Positions 10,643 through 22,704 of a stretch of DNA of 43,366 nt are shown in pieces; positions within the stretch are counted from its first letter, which is position 1, and each line of letters opens with the position of its first letter. The stretch is from Lophium mytilinum (taxonomy: Eukaryota). The notes under the pieces were generated by a model. The model ran no database searches and was not told the DNA's origin. It worked only from the letters and a program-made list of their open reading frames with translations. The stretch lies in contig MU004188.1 of NCBI GenBank assembly GCA_010093605.1, positions 1,677,673-1,721,038 of the forward strand, read 5' to 3'. The position numbers and the translations under genes are program-made.

Positions 10643-11814
10643 CTACGCCCAGTTCATCGAATCAATCATCATTCTCACCTGCCTGACCATCCTCAGACAA
10701 GTGGCATCCTCGTTCCGGTTCACATCCTTGCAGCTCCCAAACATCTTCTCTCGCTCCGGATCCATCCTATGCATCTCAGAGTGCCACTCCGTCTGCCGCT
10801 TCTGCATCTGCTCCACAACCTCGATGAGCGGTGTCGGGCTGCTGCCCTTACCTAGAACCTCCGTCTTGACCACCTTCTTTGCAAGCTTCTTCCATTCTTC
10901 AGCCCCAAGCTCAACGTGGAACCCCATTGGACAGTCTACTTCGCCAGTGTGAAGATGCAGCGTATCCACTGACATGTCGCCGACCCGGAAATCCTTTTTT
11001 CGACCAGACTTCTCTAGCTGCTCTGCTTCTTCGTCTATGGCCTTTAAAACTCGATGATAGCGCTCGGCGATCGCTGTTAACAGCGACGTAAGTGTTATTA
11101 CATTTTGAATGCCAGAGAACGTCTCTCGAGGGCAATCTGTGCAATGTAGAATTTGCAATGTCGATGCTAGGGCTGAACGTAGGGGGGGTATAACCGCCGG
11201 AAATGAGAACGACGGCATTGACTGGAGACTTGACAGCGTCAAGTACATAGTTGATAGGCACGAGCATGACAGTTTTGGGAACTGGCCAGGTAGAACACTC
11301 GCAGCCCCATCAAGTTCTAGCATAGTGTCCAAGGCGGGCCATTCGAGTGTCGTCGAAGGCACACTTCGCCCCACGTCAGCATTGCAGCTCAGAAAACTAA
11401 CCCTTCTCAAAGCTACTCACCTATGAACGTGTGGTGGCTCTCCAAACCAATCCGTCATAGTTCCATCTATCCCGCCACTACTCAGTCCTACCGAACTATC
11501 TGAATCTGGAAGCATAGTGGTGGCGCTGCTCCCTGATCGTGAGCCATCGCCTTCAATGCGTGCTGGAGGCCGGTCTCTGGACTCATCGCGTCGCCTTTTC
11601 CTGGGCCTACCCATTGATTTTTGAAGAGAATATTCACATTGTATGCTTTCTTTCAGACATCGACTGCATCGAGGGATCCCACCAGAGCACTTCAACTTCC
11701 TGGTTCCTAGTGTATTGCTGAGTTTATGATATCTGAGTTGTGCTAAACCGGCATGTTGCACTCACGACACTCATCACACGCTGCATGACGTTTCCCGTTG
11801 GTGGGATCAACCAT
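10643..11814 (-). CDS. Zn(II)2Cys6 transcription factor (exons 11814-11766, 11706-11421, 11363-10643)
   Basis: Spliced N-terminus ACDECRTRKLKCSGGIPRCSRCLKESIQCEYS..MGRPRKR; both introns are GTGAGT..AG and keep the frame. Confidence 0.9.
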
Positions 11815-12711
11815 ATCTGATACGGGAAAACCAAGATGAAGGTTAGAAAGAATAAACTTTTAAATAGTGAACAAGAGGAAGAACGTCTGACAGTAGCCAT
11901 TAATTAGGCGAAGGTGGAGTACGTAAGCACAGGCTGATGAAAATAGGGCCGCATGAGGCGAGACTTTGCGAGGGGTCAGCATGGAAGCATGCCGGGCGTG
12001 ATATCACTAGAAGAGACAAGCATTGAGGGTAATACCCGAGAGATTTGCATACGCTTGTGTATTACGGCTTAGAGCACAGTAGGCAGAGCGTGTAATATTA
12101 GTTAAGCAACAAGGCACCAAGAGTCTCCACCTCCATAATATATAGCAACCAACGGTTAATACTCTACAAAGGGTGCGGCGCGGAGCACAATCCGATCTCC
12201 ACCAGCTACGCGAGGCGAGGAACATCAAAACCACCGGTTTTCAGTATCTCAGAAGAGCTACAACACGACGATCACCGCGACCAGATACAATTTAAATTAC
12301 TAGAAGTATCTTTTAGTGCTTCTTGATAGTATTGCTCGAAGAAAGTAAAATTATTAACCAATGGTGGGTGGTGCAAAGCAAATTTTGAGATTTGGGTGAG
12401 ATGCTTACGTAACCGGATTATGCTCTGGGCTGCACCCTTTGTAGGAACAGTAGCTATATAGGCTAATGACCCTGTTTTATTGCATGGACTACTTTTTACA
12501 AATAATGCTAGCCACTCTTTAAATTTAGCTAGGAAGGAGTCACCTTAGTATTCTAACCTATATCATAAACTTTGCCTATCTTAGTACTTTACTAACTTTA
12601 AGAATAGGATTTAAGCTTAGTATATAGGTAATATAAGAAAATAAATTAGTAGTAATAATTAAATAGGCTCTATAATAGCTTGCATAATTAAGTAAGTAAT
12701 AGGCTTATTTC

Positions 12712-12924
12712 TATAAGTTTTATAATATTATAAGCGCTATATCCTTATATATAATAGGTTTAAAATTTTTTAAACAAAACAAAACTATAAGCGTTTAAAC
12801 GTGATACAATAAGTACTAGATAACGTTATAAGAATATTAGAGAAACATCTTATAATGCATTAAATACTATATATATAGAACTCTGTTACTATTAATATAG
12901 AATAGAACTAAAGCAATCTAATTC

Positions 12925-12959
<35 letters not shown>

Positions 12960-12980
12960 CTCTTACATTAACTCTATATA
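12712..12980 (+). mobile_element. Solo copia LTR, RIP-degraded, 3' end eroded
   Basis: Co-linear with the reverse complement of 13725-13976 (..AAGCGTTTAAACGTGATACAA..AATGCATTAAAT..). Confidence 0.8.
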
Positions 12981-13154
12981 TAATAATCTCTCAGTAATCT
13001 CTTCTAGATAACAAGTTTTAATAATAAATATATTAGTTAAGGCCAATCTCTATATCCTTCTAAAGATACTATATGGAGTAATGTCCTATTTAAATAGATA
13101 GCTAGATAGATAGATCAATAAATAGATAGATAAGTAGATTAACTTATGTTATTA

Positions 13155-13234
<80 letters not shown>
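13155..13234. repeat. (ATCT)20 microsatellite
   Basis: Perfect tetranucleotide array; it explains the spurious YLSI-repeat ORF. Confidence 0.95.
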
Positions 13235-13236
<2 letters not shown>

Positions 13237-13724
13237 TTTTCTTTATCTCCTTAGTAGTCTATCTAGTTATTAAATTCTTTTTACTATATAGCGCTTCTAA
13301 TTTACTATATAGTAAACTTATAGCCTTTCTATATACTCTTTATACTATTTATTTTATACTATATCTCTATACTAGAACTGCTGCTGCCTATACTATATAT
13401 CTATTTTTAATAGCTAGTCGCTATATACTATCTATATACTATAGCCTTTCTAATTACTATAGCTAATATAACCTCTACCTACTATCTAGTTTAACTTGAT
13501 AGCGCTAATAAAGAGTATGTATAAGTAATATTAGCGCATACCTTATACTAATGTTAAACTAACTTACTATTCTAGAATATACTTAACCTAAACCTAAAGG
13601 AATAAGTATAACTCTATCTAGACGGTCTAGAACTATATATTATAATAGCTTATTCTATTATAGAATTATTAAATCTACTACATATCTCTTATAGCTATAT
13701 AGTACTTTAAAAAGTACTTATTAT

Positions 13725-16700
13725 TGTCAAAGGTATAGAGTCGATGGGAGAATAGATGGATAGGAATTGTATTGCTTGAGTTCTATTCTACATTGACAGC
13801 AACGGAGTTGTATATATACAGCATTTAATGCATTGTAAAACGTTTCTCTAACGTTCTTGTAACGTTATCCAGCGTTCGTTGTATCACGTTCAAACGCTCA
13901 CGGTTTCGTCCCGTTTGAAGGCTTTTGAGCCTATTATGCGTAAGGATATAACGCTTATGCTATTATAATCCTTACACACTCCCTTAAGCGTTATATGCTT
14001 ATTTTGTATATTCTTTTTCNNNNNNNNNNNNNNNNNNNNNNNNNNNNNNNNNNNNNNNNNNNNNNNNNNNNNNNNNNNNNNNNNNNNNNNNNNNNNNNNN
14101 NNNNNNNNNNNNNNNNNNNNNNNNNNNNNNNNNNNNNNNNNNNNNNNNNNNNNNNNNNNNNNNNNNNNNNNNNNNNNNNNNNNNNNNNNNNNNNNNNNNN
14201 NNNNNNNNNNNNNNNNNNNNNNNNNNNNNNNNNNNNNNNNNNNNNNNNNNNNNNNNNNNNNNNNNNNNNNNNNNNNNNNNNNNNNNNNNNNNNNNNNNNN
14301 NNNNNNNNNNNNNNNNNNNNNNNNNNNNNNNNNNNNNNNNNNNNNNNNNNNNNNNNNNNNNNNNNNNNNNNNNNNNNNNNNNNNNNNNNNNNNNNNNNNN
14401 NNNNNNNNNNNNNNNNTTCAGGATTATTAGCTAATTCTATAGCTGATTGACTATCCGTAAATAGATAGAAGTCTTCTGTATTTTTAATATTAAGTTGTTT
14501 TAATATACTTATTAAGTATATATATTCTTTTATAGTTTCTTTTAAAGCTATATATTTAGTTTCACAACTAGATAGTGCTACAGATTTCTGTAGTTTACTA
14601 TTCCAGCTAATAGGGGTTTTTCCATAGAAGAAGTAGTAGCCAGTTGTTGTTTTTCTTCCTATTATATCACCCCCGTGATCTGCATCGGAATATCCTAATA
14701 AATAGGGTGCTGGATTACTAGGAGAAGATTTAACGCTAATTCCGTGCGTAGGCCTATATAATAAGTATTTCCAGATCCTTTCTAAGGCTTTAAAGTGAAT
14801 AGGACTAGAATTAGACATAAAATAAGCGCATAGATTTACGCTATAGGCTATATCTAGTCTTGTTTTTATAGATAGATAAATAAGACTTCCAACTTATTGC
14901 TAGTATAGTTTTATATCTTCTTTTAATGCCTGTTTATTGTTTTTCTCTAGTTTTATACCTATTTCTCCTGGTATAGAAACGGGATTTAGTTTCTCTTTAT
15001 TAAATCTTTTTAATAGACTTTTTATATATTTTTTCTGGCTTAGTAATAGTGTTCTTTCTTTTCTATTACGTATAATTTCCATGCCTAGAAAATAGGATAT
15101 AGGCCCTAAGTTTGTTAATTCTAAGTCTTTGCTTAGTTTTAATTGTAGATTTTCTATATCTTTTATATTTAGGCTAAATACTAATAAATCATCTACGTAG
15201 CAGACTATTATTATATTTTTATTTTTAAATACTGCCTGCTCTGCAATAGTACTTTTAAAACCGTACTTTTCTAAATATATAGCTAAATAGATATACTATT
15301 GTCTAGGGGACTGTTTTAAGCCGTATAATGCTTTATTTAGCTTACAGACTTTATTATTTCTATTAAAACTATATAGTTGTTCCACGTATAGTTCTTTATC
15401 TAAGTCTGCATGCGTAAATGCGTTTTTAAAGTCCCATTATATTATTTCCTAGTTATAATAAGTGGCTAATATAAGTAATAGCCTATATACTTCTAGGCGG
15501 CAGGTATTAGCAAAGGTTTCTTTATAATCTACGCCGTAGACTTGGCTAAAACCTTTTACTACCCATCTTGCCTTATATTTAGATATATTATTATCTATAT
15601 TAGTTTTAATTTTATAAACCCAGCGTCCTTTTAACGCATTTCTATTTACTGGTAAGTCTACTAACTCCTAGGTATTTTACTTAGTAAGCTGGTCTATTTC
15701 TATTTGCATAGCTTCTTTCCACTTATTATTATAAGGAGATTCTATAGCTTGTTTATATGTATTTGGCTCGTTGTTATTATTAATAATAAAGGCCAATTCA
15801 TCTTCAGATAGATCATCTATGTATGTATTTATAGATGATTAATTTTTATCTATATATCTATTTATTGAATTTAGATTCTATATATATCTTTAAATAGATA
15901 GATTTTTAGATGGTTTTAAAGCTAATTTATCTTCAGAGCTTTCATCTATTATTGAATTATTACTACTTATAGTATTATTACTTATAGTATTATCTTTTAG
16001 TGACTCTATATTAATAATATATTCTAAAGGATTTTCCTTTTTATTAACGTTGTTGTTTTTATTCCTTTTATTAAGAAAGCCTTCTATTATAGATACATCT
16101 CTTGCCTAAAAGATCTTTTTAGTTTCTATATCTAATAGTCTATACGCATTTAAACTATAGCCTAATACTATAGCCTTTTTAGCTCTTAGTTCTAATTTAG
16201 TTATTGGCGTTTTAACCTTATAATAAGCTGTAGAGCCGAAGATTTTTACATTATCTATTTTAGCTTTTCTTTTATAATATAGCTTAAATGGCGTTTTATC
16301 TTTTAAGCTAGAGTGCGGCGTTCTATTATATATATATACGGCCGCATTTACAGCTTCTCCCTATAGATTAAAAGGTAAATTAGCTGTATATAATAGAGCC
16401 CTTACTATATTAAATATAGTTAAGTTAATTCATTCTATTAAGCTGTTTTGTTCCGGCGTATAGGGGCTTGAGAATTAGTGGGTTATACCCGTTTTTTTAA
16501 AAGAGTTGTTTTAAACTTCTTATTTATATATTCTCCCCCATTATTAGTTTTAAAAATTTATATTTTTCTTTTATCTCCTATATTTATATTTTCAGCCTTA
16601 GCTTTATATTCTAAAAAGGCGTTATAAGCTTTATCTTTAGATTTTAATAGTTTATATTCTATATATCTTAAAGCTGTATCTATAAAGAAGATAACGTATT

Positions 16701-19186
16701 TATTACCCCCTAAACTAGGTGGATTTATAGGCCCTGCTAAATCTAATAAGACTTTTTATAAAGGAATTACTGTTTTTAGTATTATTTCCTTACTTCTCTT
16801 ATTTTTTGTCATTTTAGCTTTTATACAGGCTTCGCATTATATAGGTTCTTTTATATTTGTACCTAATAGTATACTAAGCTTTCTAGAGCTTATATAGCCT
16901 ATTCTTTAGTACTAAATAGATAGAGTATTTCTATCTATATATATATTTATTAAATCGCTTTTATCTATCTATTTATATATTTGATTTATTTACTTTATAA
17001 AAAGCGTTATATTTTCTATATTTATATAGTATAAAGAGTTTTTAAGCGATGCTATTGCTAGTATATTATTCTTTTTATATATAATAGCTGTTTTATTCTA
17101 AAACGTAACATTTATTCCTGCAGAATCTAATTTACTTATAGATATTAGATTATATCTAAAGTTAGGTATAAAAAGGCACTTTTCTAGTATAAATATATTC
17201 CTATTTAGTTTTAATTGTACATTTCCTACACCTTCTGCGGTTGTAGTTTTATTTTCTCCCTAATTTAATATAGTAGCTTGCTCCTTATAACTAATAAATA
17301 GATTTCTATCTACTATTATATGGCTTATGCTCCCGGAGTCTAATATATAATTAGCTTCGTTATTAGGGGTATAATAGGATGCTAGAAATACCTTTACTTT
17401 AGCTGCATCTAGTTCTATATCAAAATTGTCCTATCTAGGGTTAGATTCCTCTATAATTAAGGATTCTTCCTTATTTTCTTTTAGTGGTTTAAAATATTCT
17501 TTAGTTCTAAACCACTTTGGTGCCCTTTTTGGAAATAGATAGAAATAGTCCTTTGTAAGGTGCGTAGCTGTTTTATACTTCTTATAATATCTTGTTTTTT
17601 CTACTCTATTTTTATTTTTAGGCAAGAACTTTTTAGTTCTATTAAATAGAGCCGTTTTATACTCTTTAGACTCTTGTCTTCTTGCTTTATCTATTAAATT
17701 AGAGAATAAATTATCTAATTTAATATTAGATAAATTTTCCCTATAGAATTGCGTAACTATTGTTATAAAGCTATTATAGGGGTCCGTTAGGTTATTTAAA
17801 ACCTAGGCTACAATAACTTAATTTAGTAATTTAAGCTTTTTCGCTTTTAATTAATCTGTTAACTATTTTATCTTATTTAAGTAATCTTCTATAGTTAAAA
17901 ACTTAGATAAAATAGTATTAAACAGCTCCTTGTAAATAAGGAATTTAGAACTAAAGCCCTTTAGGCTATATAGCTTCTTTAGTAGCTTCTAAGCTTCTAT
18001 TACAGTAGCAGAATACTGTAATTGTAATAGAGGACCATCCTCTATAGTAAGCCTAATAGTGGCTAATGCTTTTGTATTGTTTTCCTTATTAATAGAAATA
18101 GGAGTAGTGCTGCTAATAGTATTACTATAACTTTTTTCTACTAAGAGAGATTGTACTCTTAGAGCCCAGACTTTATAGTTAGATTAACTAACTAGCTTGG
18201 TAATACTAATTTTATCCATTTTAGGTTAAATAGATAGATAGATAGCCCGTTAGGCAAATAGATAGATAGATAAATAGATGGATTTCTATATATCTATGGA
18301 TTTTTATTTAAATAGATAGATTTCTATCTATATATTTGGCGAATAGATAGATAGATAAATTCTATGTATCTATGTATTTAATAAATAGATAGATAGATAG
18401 AAAGAGAAATATTTCGATTTTTAATCAATTTATCTTCTTGTATTAGATAAGATGATAGGATAAAAGGTTATAATCTAATCTAGAGTATCTGGATTTAATA
18501 CGTAATAGATAATAGAGTTTAGAAGGTTAATTACGTAGTTTATAACGTAATATAAGCTTATAGAAGCTTCGTGATGGTAAATATAAATTTCTTTAGTCTA
18601 ATTTTATTTGTGATGGATTTGCAATTCTAGATCGCGTTCTAGCTATTATATGGCGGGTTTATAATTAATAACTTTGTTCTCTTCTTTAATTTTGGCTTCG
18701 TTCTAAGCTTAAAACCACTTATACGGTGGTGTAGTAGGTTTGTATGCTGGTAATAGTAAACGAGATAGTAAACGGCGTTGTTTTCGTCCAATATTTAGTT
18801 GATTTGGATGATTCTCGTCGATATTTTATTAATTTGGATGATTTTAATCGATATCTAGTTAATTTTAAGATGGAACCTGCCCGTTGGTGCTTTGTATAGC
18901 TGTAGATTGCGTAGTGCAATCCGAGCTCATAGCCTGTCAAAGGTATAGAGTCGATGGGAGAATAGATAGATAGGAATTATATTGCTTAAGTTCTATTCTA
19001 TATTAACAGTAATAGAGTTGTATATATACAGCATTTAATGCATTGTAAAACGTTTCTCTAACGTTCTTGTAACGTTATCCAGCGTTCGTTGTATTACGTT
19101 TAAACGCTTACGGTTTCGTCCCGTTTGAAGGCTTTTAAGCCTATTATGCGTAAGGATATAACGCTTATGCTATTATAATCCTTATA
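13725..19186 (-). mobile_element. Full-length Ty1/copia LTR retrotransposon, RIP-inactivated
   Basis: 252-bp LTRs at 13725-13976 and 18935-19186; ATTAT TSD (13720-13724 and 19187-19191); PBS-like GGCTATGAGCTCGG; PPT AAGGGAGTG. Minus-strand order gag (ATG 18219, KLV..NY), protease (ILDSGS ~17340), integrase (SPYTPEQN ~16460), RT (YVDDLL ~15190), RNase H (GYSDAD..VALSSCE). Many TAA/TAG stops. Confidence 0.95.
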
Positions 19187-19283
19187 ATTATTATAAACTA
19201 TAGAGAATACGGCTTCTACTAGTATGCTATATAGTTGTAAATACTTTCTTCTTCTAAAGTACCCTTAATAGATAGCTATATAG

Positions 19284-19775
19284 TGTTAAAGGTATAGAGT
19301 TAATATAAGAATAGATAGATAGATAGATAGATAGGAATTATATTACTTAAGGTCTAGTCTATATTAATAGCAACAGAGTTATATATATAGATAGTATTTA
19401 ATGCATTATAAAATGCTTCTCTAATGTTTATTATATTCTATTTTATTCTATTTAAAGACTTTTAAGTCTATTACTGTAAGGATTACAATAGCATAAGCGT
19501 TATATCCTTACGCATAATAGGCTCAAAAGCCTTTAAACGCGACGAAACCGTGAGCGTTTAAACGTGATACAACGAATGTTAGATAACGTTATAAGAACGT
19601 TAGAGAAACGTTTTATAATGCATTAAATGCTGTATATATACTCCGTTGCTGTTAATGTAGAATAGAACTCAAGCAATATAATTCCTATCTATCTATCTAT
19701 CTATTCTTACATTAACTCTATACCTTCGACAATTATATATAAAGATACAATGCTTATGCTATTATAAAACTTACA
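19284..19775 (-). mobile_element. Solo copia LTR interrupted by a second LTR
   Basis: Starts TGTTAAAGGTATAGAG, breaks at 19474, resumes near 19737 and ends TTACA at 19775. Confidence 0.8.
19475..19731 (+). mobile_element. Solo copia LTR nested in opposite orientation
   Basis: TGTAAGG...CGACA termini; flanking 5-mers ATTAC and ATTAT, consistent with a TSD carrying one C-to-T change. Confidence 0.88.
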
Positions 19776-20360
19776 TTTAGACTCTAATAAAAGGTATACT
19801 TCTATTTAATTATAGTAGAATATAATTTTAGTAACAGCAATAGTAATAGTATTAGTATTAGTATTAGTAATACTAGAAGCTATACTAAATAGTATAGCTA
19901 AGTAAAGTAGATAGTATATAGTTTAGCCTATAAAACTTTATAAGGCTACTATCTATAGTAAAAATAATAACTTGTAAGGTAAAAGTAGGGATAATATAGA
20001 TATTAATACTATCTAGACACTCTTAGTTTTTAAGCCCTAGACCTATTAATATAGTTAAAGTATAAGTATATATATACCCTTCTTTTTACTACCTCTATAT
20101 TTAACCTCTCGTCTTATACTATAATTAGCTAGACTAGCTTATAGAAGTACCCTAAAGCTGCTACTTAGCTACTTACTATTAATAAATACTCTTTTTCTAA
20201 ATATAGTATAGCTAAATAAGATTATAATAATATAGGTACATCTATATTACTAAATAATATAATTAGGTAGATATAGTTACTACCTAATATTATAAAGGCT
20301 ACTTTATATATATAAGTAGACAATATATAGACTTTATTAAGAAAAAGTAGACCTAAGTAC

Positions 20361-20624
20361 TATTAAAGGTATAGATTTAGTGTAATATTAGATAGATAAA
20401 TAGATAGATAGAAATTATATTACTTAAGTTCTATTCTATACTAATAGTAACAGTGTTACATATATATACTATCTAATGCACTATAAAATACTTCCTAAAT
20501 ATCCTTATACCTTTATCTAACGTTTATTATTATATATATAAACGCTTATAGTTTTATTCCTATTAAGAGGCTTTTAAACCTATTATATGTAAGAATATAA
20601 CGCTTATACTACCTTAAAACTGAC
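20361..20624 (-). mobile_element. Solo copia LTR, heavily RIP-degraded
   Basis: TATTAAAGGTATAGA...AACGCTTATA, co-linear with the 13725 LTR. Confidence 0.75.
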
Positions 20625-21208
20625 TAATACTATATTTATATACTTATAAGTATATTAAGAGAGTAAAATAGTATAAGCATCGAGAGTAGGATATTTATAG
20701 TAGTAACAATTAGGTTTACTAATAGATAGAGCTAGTAGGAGAGAATAACCTTAATAGGAGTATATTAAACAAGAGGCTGTAGCCATAGCAGTGTAAGAAG
20801 AAATAATAGATAATACAGCGCGGCCCTCTACAATTAGGAGGAGGTCTAATTGCTTACTAGCAGAATACATCTATCTAGGTACATATTTCTTGTACTAAAA
20901 TAGATTAACATACAACTAACAAGTACATTACTTATCCTTCTAGTACTACGAAGGATTGCACCATCACACCCTCACCTAACACAATTGTTCTCGTTGTATT
21001 TCATGAATTTGTACTTGACGGCATTCAAGCCATGCTCGTCTATTGGAAACCATAGAATATCTCTGGAAAAAGCATGTGGAAGGGATAATGTCCAGCATAT
21101 TCCGCACTACACACTCTACATGGCCCAAGGTCTTGCTAGAACAGCGACATACTGCTAGTCAACCAATATCTGCCAGCAGACATTGACAGTTTGTGCCTTC
21201 CAGATCTT

Positions 21209-21679
21209 TCAAAGACGGTCTCCCCCCTTCTTCGTCGTCCCTGTTCCATCCTCAAAGATATGGCACACTTTCCTCCCGTTCTGCGCGGAAATCTCCGCAC
21301 TGATGATCGTTCTCTTGTCGGCTGGGTTGAAGTGCGATTGATGAAGTGGGTTGCCCTGCCTCGATCTTTTCCCAGGTTAGGATTGCTTGAGATATCCCCA
21401 GGAAGTTATGCTTGCCTAATGTAGACGCTCTTGACTGGGCCGAGTTTCTAAGAGTCCAATGTTAGTCACTCTCGAAGTATAGACGCCTCATCATGTTTAT
21501 AGGGTTGGGAGGTTACGCTTGACTATTTCCAAGCTCAATATTGGTCATACCTGTTCAGCTCCTCCACCGGGTCCTGCGAACTTCTCAACCGCCGATTGCC
21601 AAATCGAAGGCAGCTTTGTCCGATCAAACCCCATCCACTTGAGCAGATTGCGAGCAGTTGTGCTGAAGAATCGCGACAT
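21209..21679 (-). CDS. Small uncharacterised protein, 105 aa (exons 21679-21551, 21447-21416, 21365-21209; second intron GC-AG)
   Basis: Intron 1 is GTATGA..CTAAC..TAG and intron 2 is GCAAGC..CTAAC..AAG. Spliced ORF MSRFFSTTARNLLKW...KLGPVKSVYIRSRQGNPLHQS...CHIFEDGTGTTKKGGDRL* totals 318 nt. Confidence 0.65.
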
Positions 21680-22704
21680 TGTGCAGGAATAGAGGCTATA
21701 GATCGAGTACGTTGGGATATAAGACTGATCTGAAATGTAATGCTTTGGTCTGGACTTGATAGAGGACTCAAGCCGCTCTTTTATATGAAGGTGCCAGCCC
21801 GCAGTCCTCAGTCTCACGGTGCATACTAAAACGCTCATCTTAGCCGACATTAGCCGGCTGAAGCTTTGTGAGGTCTCATGTATTCTTAGGAGTGATTGGA
21901 CTCCACTCATCGGCAGCCACGGAGTTACCAAGCCTCAGTATACGCGCCAGTTATCAGCTGCGGCACAGAATATGTATTCATGAGAAGCTCTTGACCAACC
22001 TGTAGGCGCTCTACCCACTGAGGCACAGTACTGACAAATTTTCGCCTTCCAAGTCGTGTTCCGAGCGCTAATTGTGACGCTGCGGCACAGCAAAGCGGTT
22101 GGAACAGCGCCTGAAGGTTGGTGTATGACACCGAACCGAATCGACGTTTTTGCTGAATACTTTCAAGGCCATTTTGAAATGGGGCACAGCGACAACAGTT
22201 GGTTTCTTCGTAAATTTCAGAGGAGCTTGAGATGTTGAGATGAAACTGAGACTAAGAATGACTGAACAAAACGATGTATGACCGACAAATTGCCACCGGA
22301 ACTATAGCGGCTAACTATCCTTCATGGGCAACCTAGTTGTTTTAAAAATGCAAACACATCGGAAACGGAAGGCCAATCTCCGATTGCAAGAAACATAGTT
22401 TGACAGCCTCAGTGGCTGGTCTATTGACAAGCTAATTCTGGCACAGAACCTTGGACTCAATCATTTGACGAATTGGGGACAGCTGCCACGACGCATCATA
22501 CCACCTGAGAGTGAACGTTTGTATATTCTGATGTCCGGGCGTTTGGAGGGCGGCGAAGTTCACGCGCTACAGCAAGGTGAGCTTAAAGGGGATTAGCGTG
22601 GATCCCCGGGCGTCCTAAATCCTGGGCGGTCCTCCCTCATCAAAGCCTCAGCCCCATGAGTTGATTGCGCTCAAAAGACTCATTTGATTATTTCTGCCAT
22701 CCCA

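Larger units (their letters stand above)
12500..20900. other. AT-rich RIP-mutated repeat island 1 (boundaries approximate)
   Basis: Abrupt drop in GC, TpA excess, CpA/TpG depletion, TE-derived sequence; assembly gap at 14020-14416. Confidence 0.9.

Noticed and set aside
13095..13234. ATAG-rich tract facing the (ATCT)20 array as a hairpin
   Set aside because: Low-complexity complementarity expected in this repeat family; no evidence of function.
13146..13466. 106-aa YLSI-repeat ORF
   Set aside because: It is the translation of the (ATCT)20 microsatellite in RIP DNA.
13991..14450. ORFs spanning the N run
   Set aside because: Artefacts of the assembly gap at 14020-14416; only the RNase H part is real.
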